In this document: positions 28,863 to 38,542 of the stretch, piece by piece
Numbering within the stretch: position 1 is the first letter of the stretch
Layout: every line of letters starts with the position of its first letter
Assembly (NCBI GenBank): GCA_050633245.1
Contig: JBOEGD010000022.1
Location: 32,001-96,000 of the forward strand
Length of the DNA: 64,000 nt
Direction of reading: 5' to 3'
From: Calditrichia bacterium
GTDB lineage: Bacteria > Calditrichota > Calditrichia > RBG-13-44-9 > J075
Translations under genes and position numbers: made by a program
Notes under the pieces: generated by a model
The model's database searches: none
What the model saw: the letters and a program-made list of their open reading frames with translations, nothing else
Told to the model about the DNA's origin: nothing

Positions 28863-28888
28863 AAAATCAAGGCTATAAACTTGATTTT
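28863..28888. promoter_or_regulatory. Palindromic operator upstream of satD-like gene
   Basis: AAAATCAAG-gctataaa-CTTGATTTT, a perfect 9-8-9 inverted repeat. Confidence 0.55.
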
Positions 28889-29084
28889 CTGTAGAACGAG
28901 CATTTTGTGAGCTAATTCCATGACTTATGCATAGTTATAGATATATATTCGGAATACAGGTGTCAGGTGTCAGAACTCGGAAGTGTTTGTCTTTCTTGCT
29001 ATTCACGTCTTGCCTCTCGCTTTTCGCTTCTGCCATTGAACTTTGAACTTTGAACTGACGTAATAGAATAAACTTGAGGAAATC

Positions 29085-29777
29085 ATGAAATTCATATTTG
29101 TCCTAATCCTAGCGGCTTTAGTATCATCGTGTATGCAGAATACCGATGCAATTGGTCAGGGACCTGATGAGGATCAGGCAACATATCGTCTGGTTTTTGC
29201 GACGACCTGGGATGCCACAACTTTTGCAACAAACTTCCCGGCAAATCGCCATTTCTCCGGACTTATTGGTGCGACTCATAATGCTCCGGGCGATTTCTGG
29301 AAAGATGGTGAGCTGGCCTCAATCGGCATTCAGCGCGTCGCAGAGCTTGGAGCTAAAGATTCGTTAATAGTTGAGGTCATGCAGGCAATTTCTTCCGGCT
29401 CGGCCGATTCATTGCTGAGTGGTGGGGATATACCCTTGACTGCGGATTCAACTGTAATGATGTTTACCGTTCATCAGGATTATCCGTTCGTAACGCTCGT
29501 TTCGATGGTCGCCCCCAGCCCGGATTGGTTTGTGGGAGTTGGTGGGCTGAACATGATCGAACAAAATGAGTGGCGTGATACCTTCACGCTGCAGCTTCCG
29601 GTGTATGACTCCGGCACAGATGACGGACTTCGGTTTACGTCAGGTAATTTGGAGGCCTCGCCAAAATCAGCGATTCAACGGCTTAGTAGCGATGCATCGG
29701 ATACCGATTTCAGCGATGGCATTCATCGAACAGAGTTTACCTATATTGCAACGTTTAAGTTTGAGCGGGTTGAATAG
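29085..29777 (+). CDS. Spondin_N domain lipoprotein
   Basis: Lipobox VSSC; HFSGLIGATH, ASIGIQRVAELG, SMVAPSPDWFVG and YDSGTDDG motifs. Confidence 0.9.
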   Translation: MKFIFVLILAALVSSCMQNTDAIGQGPDEDQATYRLVFATTWDATTFATNFPANRHFSGLIGATHNAPGDFWKDGELASIGIQRVAELGAKDSLIVEVMQAISSGSADSLLSGGDIPLTADSTVMMFTVHQDYPFVTLVSMVAPSPDWFVGVGGLNMIEQNEWRDTFTLQLPVYDSGTDDGLRFTSGNLEASPKSAIQRLSSDASDTDFSDGIHRTEFTYIATFKFERVE

Positions 29778-29853
29778 TATCAGGTGCCAGGAGAAGGCAG
29801 TAAGGCAGTAAGGTAATGACAAACGGTCAGCAGTCTCTTCTCGCTTCTCGCTG

Positions 29854-29910
29854 ATAATTCATAATTCATAATTCATCACTCATAATTCATCACTCATAAT
29901 TCATCAATTC
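29854..29910. repeat. Heptamer tandem repeat ATAATTC/ATCACTC (~8 units)
   Basis: Directly visible; ends 10 nt before the DUF427 start codon. Confidence 0.9.
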
Positions 29911-29920
29911 TAAGTGGCCT

Positions 29921-30415
29921 ATGTATCCAAAACGAATCGAACCAAAGCCCGGACAAGAATCCGTTTGGGATTATCCTCGTCCCCCTCGCCTGGAAAAATT
30001 TTCTAAACCCATTCAGATTATGTTTAACGGCGTCGAAATTGTAAATACCATTCGTGCATTTCGCGTTCTGGAGACCACCCATCCGCCGGTCTATTATTTA
30101 CCGCCGGACGATATTCAGATGGGCCATCTGGTAAAAGCTCCGGGACAGAGTTGGTGCGAGTGGAAGGGCCGGGGACGCTATTATTCCGTTCAGGTCGGCG
30201 AAAAAGTTGCTACCTCTGTGGGCTGGTATTATTCCAACCCTGCCATGGCGTTCAAGGAGATAAAGGATTATGTCGCCTTCTATGCCGGGCCAATGGAAAG
30301 GTGTACGGTTGACGGAGAAGTGGTGTTGCCTCAACCGGGGGACTTTTACGGAGGTTGGATAACGGCGAATATTGTTGGGCCGTTTAAGGGTGGCCCCGGA
30401 AGCATGGGATGGTAG
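29921..30415 (+). CDS. DUF427 domain protein
   Basis: ESVWDYPRPP, VLETTHPPVYY, SWCEWKG and PQPGDFYGGWIT motifs. Confidence 0.92.
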   Translation: MYPKRIEPKPGQESVWDYPRPPRLEKFSKPIQIMFNGVEIVNTIRAFRVLETTHPPVYYLPPDDIQMGHLVKAPGQSWCEWKGRGRYYSVQVGEKVATSVGWYYSNPAMAFKEIKDYVAFYAGPMERCTVDGEVVLPQPGDFYGGWITANIVGPFKGGPGSMGW

Positions 30416-30448
30416 TGGTTATAACATATTTCAGGGAGAGAAAGAAAC

Positions 30449-31375
30449 ATGAAGCAGGGATGGCTTTGGTTTATTTTGTTTACCGTGTGGCTGGGATACA
30501 CAGATTTGGCTGCATGTGAGTGCTGTGCCGATAGATTGACGACGCATGGTGGTAGTTTCGGCACTGAACTTCTACCCATGGAGCTTAAAACGCTGGAGTC
30601 GTTACAGCTGAGTGGCAGATTGGCTCTTCATTCAAGTGAGCGCGACCCGGTGATTCCGGTCCCCTCAATAAGCATGAAAGGCTTTGTAAAATCCGATACG
30701 CTTTTTTTTATCGGATATAGCGGTAAAAAACAAGTCGGGAGTGCATTTGTTCTCCTACCGCTTCAAATTCAGGAATTTCACACCGATTTGCGGCTTATTT
30801 ATCCTGCTGCTGCCTCAAAAAAGAAAACCACCTTATACAAAGAAGCCCGTTTTAACGGAAAGTTGGAAATAAATGCTAAGCTGCGCCGGCACCTTGGATT
30901 GCAAATGGGCGAGGCTGTTCGGCTTGTGCTTCACGGCGTTGGAGATAAATGTTGGAAGATAGAACAGTTTCATAGCTGGACCATGCAATATGATTATCAA
31001 CACGATGGAGTTGAGTTGGTGGGGTTTGGTTATGGAATGATTAATCGTGTTACAAAAAAACAGCTGACCAGTCGAAAAAGTAGCGCGCTGCCGAATCTGT
31101 CTGCCGGCGCGGTGGAAACTAATCCGAAATCGACTCCAATTACCGCAGCGAAAAAAGTAAAAAAGCAACAAGAAGCTGTGCCGATTCAAGCTGTTGCAAT
31201 GCGCGGTAGTAAGTTTCATATAGTCGAAGCTGGACAGACGGTCTATCGCATTGCCTTGATTCATGGATTGAATGTAGATGATCTGGCGCGTTGGAACAAT
31301 ATTTCTCCGCCCAATTACATTGTTAAGATTGGACAGAAAATTCTGCTTCAGCCCCCTTCAGATTTACAGAAATAA
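30449..31375 (+). CDS. Exported protein with C-terminal LysM domain
   Basis: Signal peptide; HIVEAGQTVYRIALIHGLNVDDLARWNNI...IGQKI. Confidence 0.8.
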   Translation: MKQGWLWFILFTVWLGYTDLAACECCADRLTTHGGSFGTELLPMELKTLESLQLSGRLALHSSERDPVIPVPSISMKGFVKSDTLFFIGYSGKKQVGSAFVLLPLQIQEFHTDLRLIYPAAASKKKTTLYKEARFNGKLEINAKLRRHLGLQMGEAVRLVLHGVGDKCWKIEQFHSWTMQYDYQHDGVELVGFGYGMINRVTKKQLTSRKSSALPNLSAGAVETNPKSTPITAAKKVKKQQEAVPIQAVAMRGSKFHIVEAGQTVYRIALIHGLNVDDLARWNNISPPNYIVKIGQKILLQPPSDLQK

Positions 31376-31697
31376 AAAACCGGTGCAGCCAAAGTCACAC
31401 CGGTCGCGGTGTTGTTTGTTCTTCCTCCGGCCAATTAAAGTTGTTTAAGAGCTTCGGATAACTTCTGACTTTACAAGCGATAAGTTACATTGATCTGCCC
31501 ATAATTGGATGGCGCCATCGGCTCCATCCAATACTAATTTCCTGATTGGATTGTTTTGCAAACAAAATCAAGCGAGTTTCGTTAACTAATATCAGACGCG
31601 CTGCATCTGCAATAGTCTTTTGAAAAAGCAGGATAGCTGTTTAAATTATCGCCCTAATACGAACGAACAATGCGATCATATAAAGAATAGAGCCCTC

Positions 31698-32900
31698 ATG
31701 GAAGCCAATGATGCAAACGCGTCGCAACAGCGCGACTATCCGCAGGACGTGGAAATACTTGAAATAGACGGACGTGAGTTTATAATCGTCGGTACCGCGC
31801 ATATCTCGCAGCAATCTGCTGACTTGGTACGTGAGGTGATTGAGAAAGAATCGCCGGATGTGGTTTGTGTAGAGCTCGATGCGCAGCGATTTAAGGCTTT
31901 GTCTGAGAAGAAGCGCTGGGAATCGCTCGATCTGAAAACCATTATTCGACAAAAACAGCTTAGCACGCTGATGGTGAATCTACTTTTGGGATCTTATCAG
32001 AAGCGTTTGGGTGATAAGCTTGGTGTGATGCCCGGTGTCGAGCTGCTGGAAGCAACCAAGGTGGCAAAAGAACACGACATTCCCATTGAACTTTGTGATC
32101 GTGATATTCGCATTACCCTGCGCCGCGCCTGGAACAGCATGGCATTTGTACAGAAAATGCAGTTTATGACATCGGGTCTGGTTGGTATTTTTGATACGCA
32201 GGAAATATCCGAAGAGCAAATGGCCGAGCTGCGACAAAAAGATGTGCTCTCCGAAATGATGAATGAGCTTGGCGAGGCGATGCCGGTTTTAAAACGCGTT
32301 CTGATTGATGAGCGCGATACCTATCTTGCCGAAAAAATTCGCCGCAGTAAAGGAAAACGCGTGGTTGCTGTTGTAGGCGCTGGACACGTTGAGGGTATTT
32401 GCGCCGCGTTGAAGAAAAGCGAAACCGAGGATCTTTCCGATATAGAAGTGATACCACCGATGTCGTCTATGTGGAAGGTGTTTGGTTGGGGCATCCCGGC
32501 GATTATTGTTGGCTCGTTGGTTTACATTGGTTGGGACAAAGGAGCTGCTGCTGCTGGTGATAATGCACTGTATTGGATTCTGGCAAATGGCATTCCCTGT
32601 GCAATTGGAGCTATTTTAGCGCGTGGACATATTTTCACGGTTCTGGCCTCTTTTATAGCAGCACCATTTACCAGCCTAACGCCGGTTATTGGTGCAGGAT
32701 ATGTGGCTGCTTTTGTTCAGGCGTATTTTCAGCCGCCGGTGGTAAAAGAATTTCAGGCGGTTAGCGAAGATGTCTCTGTGCCGCTAAAGTGGTGGGGAAA
32801 CAAGCTACTGCGAGTCTTTTTGGTTTTCCTGCTGACGGGCTTGGGGAGCGCGATTGGTACCTGGGTTGGTGGTATTGAAATTGTAAGGAATCTCTTCTAG
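31698..32900 (+). CDS. TraB/PrgY/GumN family protein (pheromone-shutdown-like)
   Basis: VGTAHIS, VCVELD, PGVEL, DRDIRITL, LIDERD.YLA and VVGAGH motifs; C-terminal TM segments. Confidence 0.93.
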   Translation: MEANDANASQQRDYPQDVEILEIDGREFIIVGTAHISQQSADLVREVIEKESPDVVCVELDAQRFKALSEKKRWESLDLKTIIRQKQLSTLMVNLLLGSYQKRLGDKLGVMPGVELLEATKVAKEHDIPIELCDRDIRITLRRAWNSMAFVQKMQFMTSGLVGIFDTQEISEEQMAELRQKDVLSEMMNELGEAMPVLKRVLIDERDTYLAEKIRRSKGKRVVAVVGAGHVEGICAALKKSETEDLSDIEVIPPMSSMWKVFGWGIPAIIVGSLVYIGWDKGAAAAGDNALYWILANGIPCAIGAILARGHIFTVLASFIAAPFTSLTPVIGAGYVAAFVQAYFQPPVVKEFQAVSEDVSVPLKWWGNKLLRVFLVFLLTGLGSAIGTWVGGIEIVRNLF

Positions 32901-32993
32901 GTTGCTCTCCCGCCCTCGCGGAATCACCGGTAGGGGGAGTGTTTTTTTTCTATCCCCACTACTGGCAACTGGCTTCTTGTTACCGACTTTTTC

Positions 32994-33812
32994 CTATTCA
33001 AATATCTCGTTAAAAAACGCCTGCATCTGCTTCCAGGATGTCTCATCTGCATCTTTGTCATAGGCCAGTGGAAGATTAAATTTCTTACCTGCTTCATCTG
33101 CTCCCGGATTTGTAAAGCTATGTTGAGCACCTTCATAGACATGAAAGGCGTAATCGACTTTTGCATTGTCCATTTCGGTTTTAAAGGCTTCTATTGTTTC
33201 CGGCGAAACGAAGGGATCATCTGCGCCATGACAGACCAGCACACGTGCCCTTATCTTGCCGGCTTCAGCAGGTGTTTTTGTTCCCAGGCTTCCGTGGAAA
33301 CTAACCACGCCATCCAAATCGACACCCATTCGAGCCATATGTAATACAACACCACCGCCAAAACAGTAGCCGATTGCCGCAATTTTCGTTGTGTCTGTGG
33401 CCGGGTTGCTTTTCAAAATTGTCATTGCCGCTTCAAATCGCTGTCTTGCCAGCTCCTGATTCTCCATTGCCTGTCCGGCAAACTTCCCGGCGTCCTCCGG
33501 ATGTGCTGCCTGCTTACCATCGCCATACATGTCTACCGCCAAGGCAACATAGCCTAATTCAGCAAGCATTTCTGCACGCCTGCGCGCGTAGTCATTTTGT
33601 CCCCACCATTCATGCACTACTAAAATCCCTGGTCGCTTTACATCGCTGCTGCCGTCTACGGCAAGATAACCTTTCATCGCTAAATCACCGCTGCTATAGT
33701 CGACCTCAGTAGTCTTCAGCGGACTTTCCTTAGCCTTTTCCGCTGCAGGTTGGTCTGACTGACAGCCGGAAAAAAGAAACAGGGCTATACTGAATGTTAG
33801 TATCAATCTCAT
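32994..33812 (-). CDS. Dienelactone hydrolase family lipoprotein
   Basis: HEWWG, GYCFGG, HGADD and HSFTNP motifs; lipobox FSGC. Confidence 0.93.
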   Translation of the reverse strand: MRLILTFSIALFLFSGCQSDQPAAEKAKESPLKTTEVDYSSGDLAMKGYLAVDGSSDVKRPGILVVHEWWGQNDYARRRAEMLAELGYVALAVDMYGDGKQAAHPEDAGKFAGQAMENQELARQRFEAAMTILKSNPATDTTKIAAIGYCFGGGVVLHMARMGVDLDGVVSFHGSLGTKTPAEAGKIRARVLVCHGADDPFVSPETIEAFKTEMDNAKVDYAFHVYEGAQHSFTNPGADEAGKKFNLPLAYDKDADETSWKQMQAFFNEIFE

Positions 33813-33916
33813 TGTGTGTCTCCTGAATTTCCTCTGGGTAATTTGATTAAAAGTAACAGGTGTCGAGCAAAAAACCTATGGATAGGCCGAATTTGGCGAG
33901 AAGGTTGACTGGAACA

Positions 33917-33959
33917 GTTTTTTGTCAGACTGGAGCAGTTTTCAAAACTGCTCCAGTCT
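33917..33959. repeat. REP-like palindrome with flanking TTTTTGTC
   Basis: ttttttgtc-agactggagcagttttcaaaactgctccagtct; extra half copy at 33907-33921. Confidence 0.85.
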
Positions 33960-33998
33960 TAAAACGGAATGGCATGTGCAAATTGAATTCAAAAACGA

Positions 33999-34754
33999 TT
34001 AGCCAACAAGCGGATTGATGTTAATCCCACCATCGATATTGTATTCACTTCCGGTTATAAACCAAGCGTCGTCTGATGCCAGGAAAGTGACCAGTTTGGC
34101 AATCGCTTCAGGCGAACCGAATTGTTTTAGCGGAATTCGCTCTTGGATGGCCCCGGCGAAAGCACTCAGATCTGCTTCAGCCATGCCGGTTTTGCCAAAA
34201 ATGGGTGTTTCTACCGGACCGGGATTAACAGCATTAACGCGAATCTTGCGCGGAGCGAGTTCAGTTGCGGCCGTTCGGGTGAAAGAGTTCAGCGCCGCTT
34301 TGCTTGCTGCGTAAATGGCTGTGTTCGTCATTCCGGTATAGGCATTTACCGAGGACAGATTAATGATAGATGCACCGTCTTTTAAGACCGGTAGAAAACT
34401 TTGAACCGTAAAAACAGCACCTTTGAAGTTAATGTCCATTATGCTATCAAAAACATCTTCGGAAATATGACCAAGTGGTGCGGGCATAAATATTCCGGCA
34501 TTGACGAAAAGAATATCGATTTTGCCGAACTGCTCTTGTACTCGTTTTGCCAGATTGGAGATGTCAGAAAGATTCGATTGATCGGCAACGATACCGGTTG
34601 CGCCGAGGGCTTTTGCGGCGTCTGCTACTTTTGTTGCGTTGCGGCCAGTGATAATTACCGTTGCACCATTTGCGATAAAATCTTGTGCTGTTGAATAGCC
34701 AATGCCGCTATTGCCTCCGGTAATGACTGCAATCTTTCCTGTTAGTGAACTCAT
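33999..34754 (-). CDS. SDR family NAD(P)-dependent oxidoreductase
   Basis: TGGNSGIG, NAG, YAASK and VNPGPVETP motifs. Confidence 0.95.
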   Translation of the reverse strand: MSSLTGKIAVITGGNSGIGYSTAQDFIANGATVIITGRNATKVADAAKALGATGIVADQSNLSDISNLAKRVQEQFGKIDILFVNAGIFMPAPLGHISEDVFDSIMDINFKGAVFTVQSFLPVLKDGASIINLSSVNAYTGMTNTAIYAASKAALNSFTRTAATELAPRKIRVNAVNPGPVETPIFGKTGMAEADLSAFAGAIQERIPLKQFGSPEAIAKLVTFLASDDAWFITGSEYNIDGGININPLVG

Positions 34755-34824
34755 AGTAATCCTCAGTTGTTGTAGTTATTGATTTAAATATTTAAGTTTA
34801 TCAATGTTTTAGGCCAAAAAATTT

Positions 34825-35097
34825 TTAGTCCTTAATCTCGCTTAAAAAGCCTGCGAATAAGTCAACCTGATCCTGATTTACGGATAGCTTAAGACAGCGT
34901 CCGTCTTTTTCGGTGAGAACGAGTTCAGCATCAGTGAGTAATTTAATATGGTGAGAGACTGTTGGTTGCGAGAGATTGACCAAGTTGCGCAGGTCTTCGC
35001 AGCTTACGGTTCGTCTGCTGGAAATCTCCCTTAGGATGGCCAGACGATTTTTATCTGCCAGGGCCTTCGATATTTTAATAAACAGTTTTTCATTCAT
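34825..35097 (-). CDS. ArsR/SmtB family transcriptional regulator
   Basis: KALADKNRLAIL...LSQPTVSHHIKLL..AELV...DGR. Confidence 0.93.
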   Translation of the reverse strand: MNEKLFIKISKALADKNRLAILREISSRRTVSCEDLRNLVNLSQPTVSHHIKLLTDAELVLTEKDGRCLKLSVNQDQVDLFAGFLSEIKD

Positions 35098-35109
35098 AGG
35101 TCATCACCG

Positions 35110-35133
35110 ATTGATATATTGAAATATATCGAT
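35110..35133. promoter_or_regulatory. Putative ArsR operator
   Basis: ATTGATATAT-TGAA-ATATATCGAT inverted repeat about 13 nt upstream of the ArsR ATG. Confidence 0.6.
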
Positions 35134-35190
35134 GTGTTTTCTCGATGTCAAGTGGAATCCTATTAAATTAAGAGAAGTTTTTAGAGCAAT

Positions 35191-35231
35191 AGACTGGAGC
35201 AGTTTTCGAAACTGCTCCAGTCTGACAAAAA
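35191..35231. repeat. REP-like palindrome with flanking GACAAAAA
   Basis: agactggagcagttttcgaaactgctccagtct-gacaaaaa. Confidence 0.85.
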
Positions 35232-35312
35232 TCTCTAAAATCAGCGCTTGAATTATATTCTATGAACAGCGATATTTTGCAGGTTTTCAAAACTTGAAAT
35301 ATTGAGGAGTTT

Positions 35313-35819
35313 ATGAACATAGATGCAGCATCACAAAAGAGCCGGGAACACAAACCTGCAGTATATTTAGCCGGTGCCATTGAAAATGCGCCTAATGAAG
35401 GCAAAGCCTGGCGGGAGAAGCTTACGCCTTTTTTGGAGGATATAATCGGTCATCAGGTTTTTAATCCATGTGTTGAAGAAAATCATTTGCTAACAGCCGA
35501 GGAATTTCTTGAGTTCCGCAACTGGAAGGTATCGGACCTCCCAAGATTTCGTCGAACCATGCGCAAGATTATTGATACAGATCTTGGTGCGCTTGCCGGA
35601 AAAACAGATTATCTAGTCTGTTTGTGGGATGAACATGCTTTAAAAGGGGCGGGTACTCACGGTGAATTAACGCTGGCGTATTACCTTAATTTACCGGTCT
35701 ATATGGTTAGTACCGTACCACGTGAAGAAATGAGTAGCTGGATAGTTGGATGCACAACAGAGCTTTTTTCACATTTCGAAGATTTGCGCGCTTATTTGCT
35801 CGAGCATTCGGCGCTGTAG
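35313..35819 (+). CDS. Nucleoside 2-deoxyribosyltransferase-like protein
   Basis: VYLAGAIE, VFNP, D and GTHGELTLAY..NLPVY pattern. Confidence 0.7.
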   Translation: MNIDAASQKSREHKPAVYLAGAIENAPNEGKAWREKLTPFLEDIIGHQVFNPCVEENHLLTAEEFLEFRNWKVSDLPRFRRTMRKIIDTDLGALAGKTDYLVCLWDEHALKGAGTHGELTLAYYLNLPVYMVSTVPREEMSSWIVGCTTELFSHFEDLRAYLLEHSAL

Positions 35820-35917
35820 AGAAGAGTAAATGTTTTTTGATGCTTCTCTGTTTTTTGACCAGCATATTGAGATAAAGCTGAACTACTTATCCGCACTTTT
35901 TTGATGGAGGAAAATAT

Positions 35918-36775
35918 ATGAAGATTGGTAACTATCAGGTAAACCTCATCGACTCCGGGCGTTTTCGCCTTGATGGTGGCGCAATGTTCGGCGTGGTCCC
36001 TCGTGTTCTGTGGGAGCGTAAAATGCCTCCTGATGAAGCTGGACGCATCCAACTGGGTGCGAACCTCTTGCTGCTGCGTAATGCTGATCGTCTTATCCTT
36101 GTCGATACCGGGATGGGGGATAAGGGCGACGAAAAGTTTTTGAAAATTAATGCAGTCAATCACTCGCAGTTCAATCTTGCCAGCGGATTGAAAAATCTTG
36201 ATGTTGCGCCGGAAGATATCACTGATGTAATTCTTACACATCTTCATTATGACCACGCTGGTGGTGCAACAAAAGTTAATGCTGATGGAGAAATAGTGCC
36301 GACATTCCCCAATGCTAAATATTATGTACAGCGTGAGCATTTTGGATGGGCAATGAAGCCAACTGAAAAAGATCGTGCGAGTTTTTTAAAGGAAAACTTT
36401 ATTCCGCTGCAAGAAGCCAATTGTTTGATTCTGGTGGATGGTGAAAGAGAACTCCTGCCGGGCCTTCGCCTGTTGCCGATAGACGGACATACTACCGCTC
36501 AACAGATGGTTCTTGTGCGCGGAGAAGATCGGACGTTATTGTTCGCCGGCGATTTGCTACCGACCTCAAGACATGTGTCCATTCCCTGGATAATGGCTTA
36601 TGATATTGCCCCGTTGAAAACGCTGGAAGAAAAGAAACATTACTTACATCTCGCTACCGATCAAGATTGGATCGTTGTATTTGAACACGATCCGGATGTG
36701 TCTGCAGCTGCTATTCAGGTAACGGATAAGGGGTTTGCACTTGGAAAGTCTGTCGATATAAATGAAGAGCTTTAG
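35918..36775 (+). CDS. MBL fold metallo-hydrolase (YtnP-like)
   Basis: LDGGAMFGVVP, THLHYDHAGG, GHT and EHD motifs. Confidence 0.93.
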   Translation: MKIGNYQVNLIDSGRFRLDGGAMFGVVPRVLWERKMPPDEAGRIQLGANLLLLRNADRLILVDTGMGDKGDEKFLKINAVNHSQFNLASGLKNLDVAPEDITDVILTHLHYDHAGGATKVNADGEIVPTFPNAKYYVQREHFGWAMKPTEKDRASFLKENFIPLQEANCLILVDGERELLPGLRLLPIDGHTTAQQMVLVRGEDRTLLFAGDLLPTSRHVSIPWIMAYDIAPLKTLEEKKHYLHLATDQDWIVVFEHDPDVSAAAIQVTDKGFALGKSVDINEEL

Positions 36776-37485
36776 GCGAAGTCTTTTCGCTGAAGCAGTC
36801 GATAGGAAAGTCTCCACAACAAATATCCATAGATGAATGTTGTGCCAAGAAAAATCAGAGACCAGCTGCGAAGCTGCAGTTCGACGCCCAGAAAAGCAAG
36901 CTCGAAAAATGGTGGCAGAATAAATGCTATCAGCGCACCAATTGAGCTAATTGTGTCGATGGGAAAAAGCTGCTGCTTGTTTACAATAAAGCCCAAAACG
37001 ATCAGCAAAAAAATTAGCCAGCTCCAGTGAGGCTTGTGGGTAAAGGTGAAGCTAAGCAACAATGTGTTCAACCAGAGCATACAGGTAATAATGAGCATGC
37101 GGGGGACAAGAAATAAAAAATATTCCATCGAGGGAAACCGAACGCCGTAGGCGAGTGCAAAAACGGCAACCCAAAACAGGTCTATGCTTATAATAAGCGC
37201 AATTTTTGATAACAGAAGATTTTTGCGTCCATTGGGGTGTGCCAGCAGAAAGTAGAGAGAATTACCGCGTTCTTGGTTAAACACCAGCGGAGCAGTCAGG
37301 AAATTGAGTACGATCCCGAGAACCGCAAAAACCCACCATATTTCTGAACTTTCGCTGGTACCTTTTAAAAAACCCTCAAACAGGATAATGAAGAATCCAA
37401 TAATAACCAGATCGAGTAGGTAACGATGCTGTCGCAGATAGCTGCGCAGCCCGAATATGTAAAAACTCCAAAATTGTTTTGCCAT
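36772..37485 (-). CDS. Hypothetical integral membrane protein (ABC-2 permease-like)
   Basis: About 6 TM segments; ERGNSLYFLLAHP..R..LLLSK resembles an ABC-2 permease motif. Confidence 0.65.
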   Translation of the reverse strand: MAKQFWSFYIFGLRSYLRQHRYLLDLVIIGFFIILFEGFLKGTSESSEIWWVFAVLGIVLNFLTAPLVFNQERGNSLYFLLAHPNGRKNLLLSKIALIISIDLFWVAVFALAYGVRFPSMEYFLFLVPRMLIITCMLWLNTLLLSFTFTHKPHWSWLIFLLIVLGFIVNKQQLFPIDTISSIGALIAFILPPFFELAFLGVELQLRSWSLIFLGTTFIYGYLLWRLSYRLLQRKDFA

Positions 37486-37597
37486 CGAGGGTCGTCTTGT
37501 CGTTTATATTATTGTGCAAATATAGAGGATTGAACTATGATTGTGCAATGTCATAATCATTGATGTGAACTATGGTTTGAAATTTATGTCATATTCT

Positions 37598-37743
37598 TAT
37601 CACGCCGAGCAGATTCGATGCGCTTAGACAAACGATTTTGCAGCTTAATTTAACGAAAATGCATACTTCGATAGAGTTTGTTCCGAGAGCAGTCGAGGTG
37701 GCAGCACGACATTTTCGTCTCTAATGTATAGCCAAAGCTTCAA
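37598..37743. repeat. Dispersed REP/MITE-like element, copy 2 (degenerate)
   Basis: tcacgccgagc...tcgatgcgct...cgaaaatg...gcacgacattttcg...tagccaaagc, collinear with 3221-3342. Confidence 0.6.
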
Positions 37744-37774
37744 TATATAATTCACATCATTGATTGAGGGTAAT

Positions 37775-38419
37775 ATGGATAAAGAAACGTTTAAAAAGTT
37801 GCGAAAAGAATATACCGCCGGAGAATTGAGCGAGAACACGGTGAAAATTAATCCGTTTGACCAGTTTACAGTCTGGTTTAATGAAATGCTGCAAACAACG
37901 GTGCCCGAACCCAATGCGATGATGCTCGCAACAGCAGATTTAGATGGCAATGTTTCTGCCCGCATCGTTTTATTGAAGGCTTTTTCTGAGGCGGGTTTGA
38001 CTTTTTATACAAATTACAGTAGCCGAAAAGGACAGCAGTTACAGGCTAATCCAAAAGCAGCATTACTATTCTATTGGGGAGACTTACAGCGACAGGTTCG
38101 CCTGGAGGGACAAATTACAAAGTTGAGCCGTGAGGATTCTCAGGGCTATTTTCGCAGCCGCCCAGTTGAAAGTCAGCTCGGCGCAGTAGCCTCCTCACAA
38201 AGTGAGGAGCTCGACGATAGAGAAACACTTGAAATACATTTGCAGAAGTTGCGGAAAGAATTCTCAGGTAAAGACATTCCCCTGCCTGAAACTTGGGGTG
38301 GCTATATCCTGCAACCTGACTATTTTGAGTTTTGGCAGGGGAGAAAAAACCGCCTGCACGACCGGATATATTACCGTTTGATTGAAGATCAATGGCAAAT
38401 CGGACGTCTCTATCCTTAA
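37775..38419 (+). CDS. pdxH: Pyridoxamine 5'-phosphate oxidase
   Basis: LRKEY, EPNAMMLAT, RIVLLK, FYTNYSSRKG, YFRSRP and EFWQGRKNRLHDR motifs. Confidence 0.96.
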   Translation: MDKETFKKLRKEYTAGELSENTVKINPFDQFTVWFNEMLQTTVPEPNAMMLATADLDGNVSARIVLLKAFSEAGLTFYTNYSSRKGQQLQANPKAALLFYWGDLQRQVRLEGQITKLSREDSQGYFRSRPVESQLGAVASSQSEELDDRETLEIHLQKLRKEFSGKDIPLPETWGGYILQPDYFEFWQGRKNRLHDRIYYRLIEDQWQIGRLYP

Positions 38420-38542
38420 GATTTAAGACACGAAAGATGAATCTTCTTCAGGCCCCGGAGTTTGTTTCGCTTATTAGTTAAGAATTTTATGTTTGTTTCG
38501 ACAATGACAATGCAGGACGCAATGATTGCCTTGGGAGATAAA

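Noticed and set aside
29085-29777. Spondin_N as a eukaryote-to-bacterium transfer
   Set aside because: Bacterial spondin-domain proteins are already known, and the composition is host-like.
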